A stretch of DNA of 61,740 nucleotides, counting the filler, from Choristocarpus tenellus KU-1152 (lineage: Eukaryota > Protista > Phaeophyceae), in NCBI GenBank assembly GCA_964200185.2. It is 11 parts of 11 records of this genome, joined end to end, with 100 filler letters (N's around TTAATTAATTAA, not from the genome) between each part and the next. Parts side by side here need not be neighbours in the genome. Positions count along the whole stretch, not along the records: positions 1 to 19,301 come from CAXNAD020000474.1; 10 more parts are not named here. One strand, given 5' to 3'. The notes beneath the pieces were generated by a model. It saw only the letters and a list, made by a program, of their open reading frames with translations. It was not told the origin of the DNA and did no database searches. The position numbers were made by a program, and so were the translations under genes. Positions 1-15,100 of the stretch are shown here, one piece after another (within the stretch, counting starts at the first letter, position 1; each line of letters starts with the position of its first letter).

Positions 1-102
1 GAAATATTTTGGATTAGGAAAATGTCATAAAACCCCCGAGAGAAGCCAAGTCCCAAATGGACAAACATGGCCAAACTCATACCCTCTAAGATACTTTCAC
101 TT
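1..102. mobile_element. MITE family A, partial copy (one end)
   Basis: Ends in the family TIR ...ACCCTCTAAGATACTTTCACT and carries the subterminal CCAAATGGAC motif; lies in a DYNC2H1 intron. Confidence 0.8.
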
Positions 103-117
103 ATTTGCCTAACTTAC

Positions 118-3100
118 CAGTCTCTGATCAGTGCAGTTCTCCGTCCATTCTGCTCATGGTCTGCCAGTTTGAGTTCAGCAGTCTGTGACCATGCCACGAG
201 TTCCTGCAAGGCTTCTCGGATTGTGACCTGATTTTCTCATGAAGAGAAGATGTTTGGAGTTCGAAGCAAAAGACAGATTTCTTGAGACGTCCAACGATAT
301 AGATCAGTGGGTAAGATGATTAAATATGGAGACACAGGATAACTAGTACCATGATTTTGATCAAACTGCTAGAGTGTCTATGTTTCCTAAGTACCATCCT
401 GGTTAACAAGCCTTGATTTCTATCGCCCCTAGCAGCATTGTGTGTAAGATCTAAATGGTTTAGAAAAAGACCAATATGTCCAGGATAGGTAATAAATAGG
501 CTGATGGCAACATAAATATGCGTCAGACCAGACGTGGAGCATGTTGCACACAAAGAATATTGACTGTGGGAATGAAGGGGAATGAAGTTGAGTACAAGGT
601 CAAGGGCACTGTTTTCTAAGGCATCATTGCTTTTTTCCACACTCTGTCATGTGACACAGTTTTGCATTGATAAGAGTTTGTTTAGCACAAGATTTGTTGA
701 GCATTGGAACAGTCACTGTCAAGACTCCAACAGTGTGCTTTATCACGGACAATTCAATGGGGCCTTGGTTTCAAATTTAGGCAACTACAGTACACAAAAT
801 TTTGACGAATCAGAGACGGACTGAAAGAGGCAGTTACATAAGGGGGAAAAAAGAGAGAGATAGAGAGAGATAGTTGCAACCAATAGCAGGATGTATACCG
901 TTCAAAGCACTATCATTTTTCTCGATTGAGGCTAGAATTCAACTCTTAGATTGTTTGTGTTCTCCCCCACTTCTAAAGCCCTACATCATCACAATTTATG
1001 CAGCAAGTGACAAGTTAGTCTTCTTAGTAGAGCTCAGCTTGGCTTTCATGGGTAGCAATAGTGGTGAAGGACTCAAGAGAGGTAGGTTTTGTCCATGAAT
1101 GATGTTAAACAAAACATTCTGTAGCCCGGTGCTCTCACAGTTGTTTGGCAGAAGATGGGAATATGAGTAACTATGAGTCCTCTGCTGTTTTAGGTTCGCA
1201 AGCATGACAGCATAAACTGTTGACCCATAGTATTTTAGACGTGTGTATGTGTAAGGCGTGTTGTCCTTTTGGGGATTGATAGGGTGTTGTAAGATCCCCC
1301 AGTTCAATGCCCGTTTAGGGCACGATTTTCCATCAGATTTGGTTCAGGTGGAGAATGGAAAAGGAAGGTGCGTTCAGACTAAGGAAATTGCTCTTAGATC
1401 TGACACATTCACTCGGATGGCATGAAAATTAATACAGGTTGACACAGGCCCCGAATGGACGCCTGATCCCCCCTCTAGGATACTATGGATCATTTTTTGT
1501 AATTAGTGTGAGTTTCTCCTCACCTCTCCTTGCGCCCTCGACTGCAAGTGCTTCACAAACTGTAGCAATGATGGGTCTGCCAGCCGGTCCAGTGCAGAGA
1601 TAAAGTGCCCCACCATAAGATTCTCCAGACGAACACTACGTTCCAGTCCCAGCTTGCCCTGTTAGTATGAAGTGTCCAAGTCCCCAATGCACATTCGTCC
1701 CAAAACAAATATGGGCAAGGTTGTCAAGAAATAGTGGTATACTGAACAAATGTTTCTGAGAGAACATTATTTTCGATCATGTTTTTAGAGGGATGAGCTC
1801 GAGGAGTTATCCATATTCCTCTGTACCAACAGTACAGCAAAAACACAACTAAGTAGCCATACTCAGATATCCAACCTAATTCAAGAACATTACAACCCTA
1901 GACAGAGAATAGAGCCTTATCCTTGCAGTGCTTGAATCCTCCCTCTCCATGAGCTTACAATGATTGCAGCTCAAATACTTATGGTGTCTGTAAGCGATAA
2001 AACATGATCCCACCCTGATCAAGCCATTGCCTTGACTCTTAGGCTAAACAGTTTCACTTCAACAGAAATATTGCTGAAAGATCTTCTTGTAACAGTTCTT
2101 GGTCAGATCTCATCAAGCATCACCAGGCTGCTGCTGCTGTGATTAGCACTACAATTCTGGTGTATGGACCCTCACTGCAAGAATCACGAAACTTTCTTAG
2201 AGCGTACTCAAGCAGGACTTCTTCCGATGACACATGGTAAGTCCAATCATCTAAAAAACCTTATGGAGGATTGCGTGTGAAACATGCGATTGACTACAAA
2301 TGTAATGATTGAAACTAATCTTTGAGTAGATCACTGATCATTTCCAAGATGATTGGAAGGAAATTTTTTCCTCAAGGTTAACATGCATCTAGGCCAGACC
2401 AATGGTATGGTCACAATGGATATTGCCTCCCTGAATCCCTTTTCCTCGTGTAGTAATGATAGCACTAAGTAAGCTTGCTATTTTTCTTGCTGTGAGGTCA
2501 TTGCTGATATGACAACAGTATAATATTCCATTATTTTCAGTTGCTATACCAGAAGCAGAAATGGTATATCGAAACACAGCATGCCTTGATCCAGCCTTGT
2601 ATCTTCACAAAGAGATGACTCAATAACAGAATATACCATATGATTATAGAAATTAACATGTTACAAGACTGACAGTAATGTTAGCATAAGCCACAGCCGA
2701 GGGAGCATCACCCTTCACTTTTCTGTCAAGAAAATTAGAAAACTAGCTTCGTTTGAACATTCTTATGCAACACTTACTCCTTGAAAAGAAAAAGCAGGTC
2801 TATCCATTGCAAAAAGGTGGGGACCGAAGTCATGAAGACAGTATATGGGAGCTAGGATATGGCGAGGGGGGGATTAGATGTTCACCACAAACCTGAAGAA
2901 GGGCACTCCAATGCTCCTCCTTAAAGGGCTCCCCCCTGCAGTACTTGAGGGCAGGGGTGGCCTTGCGTATACGTTCTAGCTCCTGAAAAAAGTAAAAACA
3001 CATTGTGATGATAGAGTCAAGAGGTATCAGAGGTGGGGAGTGCACGAGGTGGCACAGAATGAGAAAGTGGAAGTACCCTTCAGTGTCTTGACAACACAAA

Positions 3101-6100
3101 AAAACTATTTCGACTACCAATGAAATTGTTTATCAACACAGCTTAGGTAGTAGGTGAAGTATACAGAGGTCAGGGCATTTCAGAACACTGCAAGGGTAGA
3201 TTGTGGTGATTGATTCGGATTTGCTTCTAAGCTCTCACAAAGGAGTTAGTTTTGGTCATTCGTTGAGTATCCAGACTATTTTGTACGCTTGTCCTCATCG
3301 AGATAGAAATGACTTGAACAGGAAAAGTATTCGAGTAGAGTCGTAATCTTGTCGGCAGTGCATGCGAAGAATTTCAAACCTTTCCTATCCCTTTGCATCA
3401 AAGAAGGAATCTATCAGGGGCAGGCAATTTCATCTTTCCCCCAAAGGCCCAAGTGTTCAAAGATTCTGCAAGAGAAAAATATTAAGGAGAACAGGATGAA
3501 CAATGAGAACTCATAAAACTGATTTCATATAAATATTTCATTCAAAGAAGTTGTGAAGGTGATGAGAAACAAAATATTTGACACACTAAAATATTTTACC
3601 TTATGCACATGCTCGGTGACAGTGTCTGCCCGCTGTGCCTCTGCTAGGCGCGCCTTGATCTTCTCACCCCACTTGCTACCCAGGTCCTGGAGGGCAAACA
3701 CATTTTGACGAAAGCTGATCCAGTCCTGGTCTGCCAGTGCCTGCTCAAGACAACACGTGAAAAGATCAGTGGTAAAAGAATTGCTACCATGAGGCCACCC
3801 CAAGATGTTAATGTGTGCATGAGACTTGCGAAAAAATTGTGCATTTTATTTGCTGACTTCATTTGTGTTTATTGTTTGAAATGGTTCTGTCAAAGGCATT
3901 TATTCTTGAGGTGCAGGATGATTACACGACTATCACACTCTTGTTCCATTATAATGCCTTCCTCTCTTCAATATTGTCCTCCTGCCAATCACTAGAATAG
4001 AGCCAGTGCCAAAGAGACTTTTCGACTGCAATGCCTTGCAGGCAACCAACAACTCGAAAAAGGGCTAAACAGACGAGGAATACATAGTAACAGAGTGTAC
4101 AGAATATGCCATTAGCTGATTACTACATGTATAGATACATGTTCAGAGTGGTTAGACCCAAAGCATTTAGGAGGGTAGGGCCGTATACATTCAGGGTCAT
4201 AAACCCAATGTTGCGATATTTATGAATTTTGGCTATCTTTTTTGTTAGAAAGTGTCAATATCCTTGGGCTGGACACACCTTTCATAGTCTTTCGCATTCT
4301 ATGTAACTGTGTTTGCACAGAAAACCGAAAAAGGGCATAAAAAAACGTGGGAAGCCAAGCCCCGAGTTGACAAAAAGGGAAAAACTCCTACCCTCTTAAA
4401 TGCTTTGACTCTTATCAACATGTCACACCTTGAGCTCCTCACTAAACTCTTTGTACATGCCCCAGCTATTTTCACAGGCGGCAAGGTCTTCCTCAATGAC
4501 CTCCAGTCCCTCAAAACGAACAACAGGCATGCCGAAAGATGTACAGTTTTCCTTTAGAGCTTCCGCCTTGCGATAAAATGAGAATTGGGTTGGGGTCAGA
4601 CAGGAGCATGTGAGTGAAGTTGGAGCACCTTCCTCTCCTCCAAACCTTTGAAGGGGTATTACTTCACATTGAGTTTGTGTTAAGGTTGAGTTTAAGCCTC
4701 GTGATCGCTAGAAGTGTGCAAGTGTTGCTAAGACCGCTTCTTGTCCTCCGTCATTTGGAGAGATCACAAACGCACAGATAATAGACTCAGTTGTACTTGC
4801 TGACATGCATGGCCACGTGTAAAGTAGGCTTATTGTCAGAATCAAGGACAGTGACAAGGTGGGGATTTTCCCTGTTGTTTTAGATCAGATGGGGCCCAGA
4901 CATTGAAAATTGTGACTAAGTTGACTGTAAAAATTGGAAATGAGAGGATAAGATATACAGGATGGAAACGTTCAAAGTAAGCGGGAAGCACAATAAGAGC
5001 TAGTCGATAAGCTGCTGTTTGTGACACCCATACGTGCCATAAGGCAACAGCGGCCAAGATGTCACCATAAACAAAGTGTGATCATCTAAAAGTTTGTTTC
5101 ATTATTGTCTACCACCCAGCGTTTTAGAATGTTGATATACTTGGGGTAGGGGACATATATGAAAGACAACCTTTACATCAATGGATCAGCTAGTACACTG
5201 TATTGAGCCTGGAGAGTGCATTTTCCACACAACATCCACGACCCTCTCAACTTTGATATTGATGATCTTTGGGGAGAAAACCATCCACCACATATGGGAA
5301 ATAGTCAAGTCTCAATTGCCAGGAAGCAAGGGACCTTCATAGAGAACTTCCTCAAAATACACCTGAGCAACAGCCTTTCAGAATACAAGACACTTGAATG
5401 CCTCTCCACACCAGCACAAATGGAACAACACAAAAAACTGATAATGTCTCTGGTGATCACATTTGACAACAATGTGTGCTAGAATGATAGAGGTAAAAAT
5501 TGTGAGTTTTTGTGTGACCCACTGTGTCAGTGAAACATTTCCTATTACAAAATTGCTTGCTGAACACTTTCCCGATTTCCTTTCTTGTCTTTGAAAGTCA
5601 GCTTGCTTTTAGAATCCCAGTGTCTATCTTATTTGGGTGCACCAAGTCTAGAAAATATGTTTATTGGAGCTTGACTTACAATTCAAGATTAAACCAGCCA
5701 CGGGAATATTTTGCGATCCAGGACAATCAGCAATAAACCCCCCTGCTCTATAGCTCAAGTAACCATGGCAATTCTCAATAACAAAATTTGTCTGTCACTA
5801 TGTAATTCATAGTAGAAGATTCCCCAACTTTGCTGTATCTACCCTCCAGGCGTGAGAATGCCGCATAAGTTCGCAAGGCTAAGCCTTCCTTAGCCAATGT
5901 TTGAGGTCTCACTTTCCCCTTGTGCTCCTGAAACTGCTCCCGCCAGTCTTCTAGGGAGGAATATACCCTTGAAACCTCTGCCGGTGACCATTCCTTCATT
6001 TCCTGCGGCTTTAAAGCTTGCCAGCGCTGCCCAAACTTGTCTATAGCCTTCAGAATATGGGTTCAACAACATGTAAAGCATGGAGGGTGCAGCTTCTATC

Positions 6101-9100
6101 AGTTGGATCAAGGGTGGGTACAAACAGCAAGGAGTAGAGTAGGAGACAGGAATGAGCATGGTGGTTTAGGGTATGTTGAAGATATCTTGGTAGAGTAATC
6201 ATTGGATTGCATTGTGGCCATGTAGGTACTATCTATATTCTATCCTTTTTGGTGGTAGTGATAGTGAACTAATACTAGCTCTATCTTGCTCCAGGGAAGT
6301 TGGAGAGTACAACACTTTTACCCTTCGAAGAATATGCAACATTGTATCAACATTCTGCCTAATTCTTTGTATATACCTTTTCAAGAGAATTTCGAGTGAT
6401 ATAGCTTCACTTGAGAAACAAAGTAACGGTGGATCTTATCATTGAGATTGCTGAAGTGTTGTCATAACAGAAAAAAAAAACATAGATCCCACCATCTTGG
6501 ACAATTCTGTGCCACCCAGTGAAATGGAAAGGTCAAAGCAATGGCCTTAATAGCAAACACTAGAGTGAAGCATTGGAGATATATTATCAGCAGGGTCTGT
6601 GATCCTAACAAAAATTTGGAAATGAAAGGAATTGATGATCAATTCAATTTTTGTAGCTTCCGCAACCCCCGATTGTCCCCTCTCTGTAAACCTAACCTGG
6701 TTCAGCTGCATGGCCTCTTCCTCAAGCACCCCCTTCAGGCTCTCTTTTTGCTCCTCTACAATGTCATGAAAAGCCTCGGCTGCGACCTCGAATTCATCCC
6801 ATCGCCCTCCTTCCCCTTCAAGTCCAGCCATCTTTGTCACTACCTCTGAGGTGTCAACCTGAGCAGGTCAAAATGTATGTTCGGATATTCAAACAACCTA
6901 CCATTAGAGTATCAGAAAAACGAAATAGTCTGTCCAAATTGATCTCCATGCATGTGGTACCATCTAACCTTGAAGAGAACAAACAAAGTGTGCAGGCATT
7001 GTATGGAATTTGTGTGAGTCAAGTAAATGAGAGGTACCTAGAATTGATTTTAAGGATGCTGAGAGTTTGTGCAATATTGAGCTTTTTTCAAAATATGTAT
7101 AGGATATTTTTATAATTGTTTCGAAAAGTCTCAAACAATAGATAAATCAAAACTATCAAGTCAAACTTAGCACTTCATCAATAGAAATATGGGTTAATTG
7201 AAATAGATGGAAAAACTAGCTTAAAATGAAAAACTATCAAACCCAGGTGGTATCTCTAGATCACTCTTGGCTCTGTGTCAAGACCCTGTCAGGTATGGAA
7301 GAATTGCAATACAACTTGAACTCAGTGCTTTACAGGACTATATTGTACTTAGAAGTGGTTATAATCCAGTCAGAGCTCATTGAAGTTTTACTTTAGACAG
7401 CCTGATGATGGCGTGCATAGTAGAAGGAGCTGGCAGACAACATATCATCTAAACGACTTACTCACTCAACAACTTCAGCACAATTGTGATCATGTCCATT
7501 TCTTTACCTGGTTTCCTGGAGCATGCTGAAGCAGAAGCTCCTTCATTGCAACAGTTTTTGTGGACAACTTTCGCAATGTGTCCTTACCCTCATCGACTTC
7601 CTTCCAGTCTTTCTTTGCCTTTGGGTTGAAGGAGAGGGGAGGATGGCAACTGAAAAGACAGGCTAAGATTCCAATGCAAGGGCTATTTGAAATGACTATA
7701 AGATCAAATCATGCCATTGATCTTGCAACTCTTACAAATCCTTATGCCTGAGGTATTATATCAGTTAATATGAGGTTATTGAGTACCTCCCTGCTGAGAC
7801 AAAGTATGTAAAACCTATATGAATGCACTCTGTATTGGTCTGACTGAGGTGGGGTGGAGGAAGCACATAGACACATGAGATGCTGAGTTCAATTGGAAAG
7901 AGGCCTTTGGCGGGTTCAAAAGGAAATATATATATTCTAACCAGAAGGAAGGGACAGAGGTAAAACTGGAAAATTTTCAATCATGACCAGGTTAGCAGTG
8001 CAATATCACATATATTGATCTTATGTTAAGGGACGACCCCAATATCTGACCTGACCGATTTCAGCCACTGTCCTGGGTCGGCGACTAAGTTTTTCCATTG
8101 ACTCCTCAAGGTAGACATCTACAGCCTTGAAGTTTGTCAGAACTACCTATGAAGAGAGTATCAGTAGGGATACAGTGGTTAGTTCATCGCTCCTTAACCT
8201 TTAGGATGATATTTTAAGTGTAACGATGTCAGGAGGGATCAGGAACAGACTTGTGAGGGGAGGGTGAGTGTTGAGCTCAGTATTAATGCACTTTATAGGA
8301 CTGCAGTGCTTGAATGTGATGTCCCTGGCTTTTTGAGTTCAGGTTGCATGGATCGGAATTTTCAAGACAAAATCAGTTGAGAATTAATGTCGGTGTTGAA
8401 CTACTCGACCACACACATCAATGCCATATTGCTAGTTTGGACAGGGTCAAAATTGGTGAGGCCATGGTATGGAGTGGACTGTTGGAGGCAAGGCTTGAAC
8501 TTGGAATGTTACTCAATAAAGCCGTTGGTTTAGACTGAGTTCTATAGGTATTGCTAGGAGCAGGATATCAAAGATCCTAACATTTTGGGAGGAACTGTTC
8601 AGACCTTTCGCAGGGACAATGTGAGGGCATCAGCCAGGCGTTGAAACTGATCCTCCAGGGATGCCTTAAATGGGAATAAGCTCACAGTTATACAGTCGAC
8701 CTGGAGCGAGATGTTAAAAGAAGAAAAGAAGTAAGATATTTATCAATTTGGCAACTGAAGAGTAAGGCATTCATTGGTGACCTGGGTGTGGAAATCAGAA
8801 ATGGAAGAAGAGTGAACAGGAACTTGTTGATGAATGCTAGGGGCATGGTTTTGATGGAAGTGAGGGGTCGCGCCTTGATATTCTCAGGCAGCTTCTCTGC
8901 CTCCTTTCGCCTTGCCCTTAGAGCCCTGAAGTTATGCTCATACCCTTCGACTGAAGTGATATGCTTGTCTACATAGCTGTCTAGGTCCACCAGGGCGAGA
9001 ACTGCCCAGACCTTGTAGCGCTCCTTTGGGTAATTGGAGGTATGGAGGAGAAGAAGGGAGGAGAGGAGAGGATATCATCGTTTTTTAGTTGATTAATACG

Positions 9101-12100
9101 CTCATGGTTCTTCACTCAGGCCCTTTTATCTATGAGCTCATATGAGTAGTGGAGGGTAGAGGAATGATGACCAAAACATAGTGCAAATTGTATTGGCATA
9201 TGACAAACACCCTTTTGTCTTCCACTGCATGGAACTATATCACTGCTTTTCTTTGTATTACCTTGCTGAGTTTACAGTTCATACTATGCCACATACTCAC
9301 GTAAAATCTAGGGCATCAATACTTTCTACATTGCTTCCATAGGATAATACATCAGGGCATCAAGGACTTGATAAACTGAGGACATGAATTCGGTTTTATA
9401 CCAGTAAGTTTGCAAGCCGTTGAAAGATATCTTCTGCCTTCTCGAAAACTCGCAATAGAAACTGGCTGTTGGCTGGTGCCATCTCCCGATACACCTATTT
9501 AAGGCCAATATTAGATCAAGAGCAGAAACGTAAGAAGTGATTAAAAAGGGCATAATCCAGGGTCCTGGTGACAGCGGGGGAGGGAATGGGTCAGGACACA
9601 AGACTAGACATGATGACATTGCCCAATTCAATATTCTTGGATCAGGAGAGAAGCATCTAATTTGTGTTGCTTGCTAATGTAGATATATTAAAGGTTGTTT
9701 TCTACCTAGGTGCTCTTGGTGCACCCCAACTATCGTGGGGTATCCCCATACCCTATTGCTTGCATCCTTGATGATATTCGCCGAGAATTTAATGATATAC
9801 AGTGAAAAAAAACACAGCTATTAATAGGAACAAGTTGTTGTCCTTCCACCTTATTCTATCGTCTGTAGGAGTTGGTTTTCCCGATGACATTTCTCCACAC
9901 ATGCACCCTCCCTTCTACACAGTAATTTTCCCCTTCTGTGTCTCAAGGCCAGGTCGACCTGCTATAACATGGTTCATTTTGCCTACTCTACTGCACCTGG
10001 GTGTTTCCAAGCCCTTCAAAGGCATTTGGTATACCAACAAACTTTTTCATCTCCCTGTAGTATGAAGAACGTAACTCCTCCAGCGGTGGCTTGAACTGAA
10101 CAGACCGCAGAGCAATGACAAGCTCAGCTCGTACCTGACCAATCATATCCCAAAAAAAAAGAATCCCACCAAAAAACACAAGGAGAGAGTGTAGGGATAA
10201 GAATAGGGATATGAAAGAGAAAGCAGAACAGGGGGAGGAGAATTTAGTGGGGGAGCAGCAGTAGCACTAGAAAACACTGTAACAGCTTCAAAATCATGGG
10301 GTAAGAGGGCATAAACCAAGCATGTGCAGGGATATTATGTTGCCTGAGCTTCTTTCAAGTAAACTACATCTTGTATTGAATGTACTTGGAGGCCTTGAAC
10401 GAACTTCTTAATGAGAACGAGTGGATAGTGCTAGCTTGGGTCCAAAGTCAGATGTAGAATACTTTGGGGGGTAATGGTAACCTCTGGAAGGTTCTCGTTC
10501 AGACTCTCCAGACCCATTTGATACCCCGCTTCCAGTGCCTTGAAGATCTGCACACAAATCACAGAATTGAGGAAGGGGAAGATTTGGAGCATCTGCCTTG
10601 TCAATACTTCAGCAGGTGGAATGATTTCAAGAGGTTTGGTTGCAAACAATAGGTTTGGACATGTTGTGTATCTATAGGTGCTCTGATGCAGATTCGATTC
10701 ACAGATTCAATTAAGACTGGATGGGGATATTGTTGTTGAGAGATGAATGGTATGATATAGGACTTCCTGCACATGAAAAATCTCTTTTAGTCAGGTAATC
10801 CATGTATTGTCTCAACCCTAGCAACCATAATTAATATGTAGATCCCCACCTGATGGTCCCAAAACTCCACCCATCGCTCCATACTTGAGTTAGGGTACTT
10901 GGCCTTCATCCCTGCCATCACCTCACGGACTTGCCCCCAGCAACTCTTCCACCTATCTCTCTGGCGTAGGAGGTCAACAGACATCATTCCGGATACTAAT
11001 GATGCCAATGAGGCATGTACCTTTAGTGGGGACGAGTACACAGGCAGTGCTGGGGTGAGAAGAGGTGCCTAGCACTACCAGTCCTATGTCTATCATTGTC
11101 AAATCTACAGGTTAGCAATATTCTAAGGTAGGAAGAGGAAGGAATTCTATGATGCACAATAATCAGTGTGATAAATACTGAGAGTCAAGACTGTCCTATG
11201 ATTATATTAACTCAGATTATGTTTCCTACAAGGTCATGGACACTAAAACGTTGTATCGCATCCAGGAACCCTGCCCTACATTTATCTCCTGGCTGGTCCT
11301 AGCCCCTAGCCTATCCAAGTGCCCAAGGCAATTGGAATACCTTCCGGAGACGTCTATTCTCCATGGACAGGGTGTCTGCAGCTTGTTGAAGTCGTTCCAC
11401 ATAATTCTCACATTCCACGGGATTACTGAAGGGGGAACACGGGGAGTGGTTTATATCTAACTCAAGGATAGATGTATGGTGGTTGCAGTGAGGATGTTGT
11501 AGGGAATGGGGGGAGGGGGCTGGGATTTACGCAGACATATTGTCAAGATTGCAATACAAGAGAAGGGAGCCATATGGTGAGTTACCTTGAGAGACAGAGG
11601 TAGAGCATTACACACTATGAGACTAATCGCACTAGCTAACCAAAGCAAACACCATCACTTGAGAGAGTCTAACAACCACCTATACCTGCAGAGTATCGGA
11701 AAGGACAGAGCTATTGGTACCCTTTCTCATTGCCAATCCCCCCGATAAAATACATTTCTTGAATGGCAATCTAGATGTGAGGACTAAAATATTTTGCCTT
11801 AATTTCACACAATAAAATTCTAAGCATTAAACATATTTGCACCAATTCCCCAACACCATACTTGCTGAGAGACATATATTCTTGACAAGGCTGAGAATAA
11901 AACTGTCTGATCCACAGGGTCTATGTGCCTAGAGGGGTGATATGATATCTCCCGTCAATGGCATTTGAATTATCGGACCTTTCCCACAATCAGTGCATAT
12001 GTCTACACCAGCAAATCAATGGTGAGCAGGAACAATTTACTCGACTTTGGCATGTTACTGTTTGGATCATGGAATGGTTGTCCAAACGCAATGTTCTCAA

Positions 12101-15100
12101 GGAGCATATAGCCAAGTCCAGGCCATCATCAATTGTACTTTGGCCTGATCTCCAGAAATTTGCTCAATGTCTCACGTCCAAGTAACAGATGAGCTTCCCC
12201 TCGTTCTCCCACTCTTGTCCTTGCGTGCGAGGGTTGGTTGCATGACGACTTCCTCAAATGCCAGAAGTGACCCCAAGAGCATCGGCCTTTGAACTGGGAT
12301 GACCTGAATACAGTGTAGTGTAGCTTGGTTTGTTTTCGGAGGGTCCAAAATCTCAAAAACAAGATGCACTTCGAAAAATGTTAGCACTTTAGGAGAGAGC
12401 TATTGTACCTGTACGTCAACTCACACGCACAGAGTTGTATCAGTTGAAGGCATATCTGGCAACTGCTAAATCGACCTGTGCACTAAATTGAGTTCATGTT
12501 GAAGATCATAATCCCAAGATAACACGAGACACGTGGAGGGAGGAGTGCTTTACTCTTCAAATGTATACCTCTAAGGGATGACGAGACTATTTCATGTGCT
12601 CCATGCCCTGACAACGAAAGTTTACAAAGGTACTTTCAACAATATCGTGTGGAGGTTTTGTGGAAAGTCCACACCTGTGAAGACATATTGTTGTAGAAGT
12701 TTGCCACCTTCTTGAGCATCACTCCATATCGGTAGTACTTCTCCCCTTCCTGTGCAACCTGTTTCACAGGAATTACGTGCATAGTTTCTGATGAACTAGA
12801 ATTTGGTTGGAGATTTTCAGTCTTCAATGAGGAATGAAAGCTCTAAAGATATGATGGGTGTTGATTGTCATTTTGCTCAAGTCCAAACCTTGACAATCTT
12901 TCCGGGGATAGGGTGTCCCAGTTCTGCCAGCTGTCGAACTTCCCTCAAGAGAGTCACAAGACGCCCAGAAAAGTTAACCACCAATATCCCTGCCTTGTTG
13001 ATGTCCATCAGCTGGGAGCATGTGCAGGATTCATTCGGCAAGGATTAAGTTTGGGATATCATGCAGTTTCAGGACATAAGAACAATAAGCAAGCGTGAGA
13101 TACTAAGATCACGGAAAACTGTAGGGGGTAAACGACCAGGTTCAAAGGTGAATAAGCCACTGAGCTGAACCGTTGGAAGGTCAAGCCATTCCAATATTTA
13201 ATTTCATCGTTGGCAAAGAATAAACATCTCGATCGAATGAATGCCACTAGACCACAATCCTTATCAAGACCAGAGGAAGAGTCCATGCCTCACCAGTGTA
13301 TCAAGGAGATAAAACAACACATCCCGGATAGAAAAGGTAATTTAAAATTGTTGCACAGAAGTGGGCTAGATGGTATAGGAGGAGGCAGTCGGAGCTGTTG
13401 TGGAAGTGAAGGCTGAAGAAGTATCACTAAGATTGGGTTAGATGCCAAAAACCAATTCTGGAGCTGATATCTTGCCTTTCCGCACATCTGTGTGCTCAAC
13501 TCTTCCCCATCCAAACTGTCTTGCACCTCCTCTTGCCAGTCTTCATACAACGCACTTTCCTGCCGGTGTGCCTTCCTGGTGAGCTCGTGTGAGAGATCCT
13601 CAAACACCCTAGGTACATATTAAAAAAAACGACTCATGTTATTGCCAAAGTTAGGGCCAATAGGCGGTTCTTAGTTTCTTTTGTACAAATAAGGCAAAAG
13701 CAAAACAAAGAAGTTTTCGGATTGGTGTTTCGAACCTATGACAAGATAGAAATTCCTACTAGGCCTCAGGAGATAGCGTTAGGGTGGGGATCACTCCTAT
13801 TGAATCAATATCATAGAGTGCACAAGTTGCACTTGGAGAATGGTAAAGAAACAAGATGTTAGGTTATATGATCATTTCCGAGGTGAAGATCAAGAACACT
13901 TATTTTCATGTGAAGAAATCAATGATGAACACTTTGAAGAACAAATTGTGTCAGTACAGTACTTGTCATTTGCTGAAAATATATGTTGAGATTGTGCTAA
14001 TTTTCAGGTCTAGAGAATGTAAGTCCTTTCTGGAAATCAGGCATAGGGACACAGAGTGTTGAACAGTGCAGACCAGGCCATGGAGGTGCATTAGGGAAAT
14101 GACTCAGAAAGAAGAGATGGTGTTTACTGACAAGGAGTTGAAAACTTCAAGGGTCAATTTGAACTGAAGAGGGTGCATTACAGGAGACTTGTAGAGACAG
14201 ACAGATCCATCCGTTTGACCGTTCGATCCTCTTCAAGTGGAAATGTGGTCAGTTGCTCGGTCCTGTAGCAATGTAACCTATTCAGCGGCAATAATGTGTT
14301 AACATTCTCACTCTCTGATTAGCTCTGACTAGGGTATGCAGCAAATATAGACATGTCTTCCTTCTCACTAATATACAAATATCCAATAGAAAAGTGTGCA
14401 TAGCATCTCATTGTCTCTCCTCCAGGCATAGTTCAGGCAGTTCAATATGCCGGTGGCAACACACTAACTTCTCAAAGGATATTGTCAGAAGGCGGAGTGG
14501 GTACACCTGAACGCAGAGAGATCAGAGAGAAGTGCAGTTGCTGTTCCCCTTGTAGCCTTGACTCTAGCTGATAGCTGTCTGCAATAGACTACTCCTCTCA
14601 CCTGGTCACAAAAAAATGTGAGTTTGGTTGGTTGGCATTATACTGACACATCCAGCTTGGGTTGAGTCCTGACAAGAAAATATACTGTTCTACTATTGAC
14701 GTCAGCATTTGCAAGTTCGTGCCAAGATTGGAAGGCAGGAGACACCACACGAAAAGCATCATTTGCATACAAGAACAAATGGGAGTTTTGACACATTGTG
14801 CCCTTGGAACGCATTTGACAATTGACCTCCTCTGATTAATTTGGAATGGAGATGAAGATCTAATCAGGGCTGGGATGGAGTTAAGTTATTTTCCTTGAGA
14901 CATCCTATCCTACCCTCTGTACTGTACCTATTTCACAAGCAGGGGGTAGGAGGTCAATTTAGGCAAATGTCTTCTGACTTAGTCAAAAACACATACAGGA
15001 CAGAGCTCTCTCAAGTATATACAGAACATTTCGGTCACCTTGTTCATGTGGTTGACTGCAGTACTTGCAGAAAATTATACTTCTCACATACATGAAAACG

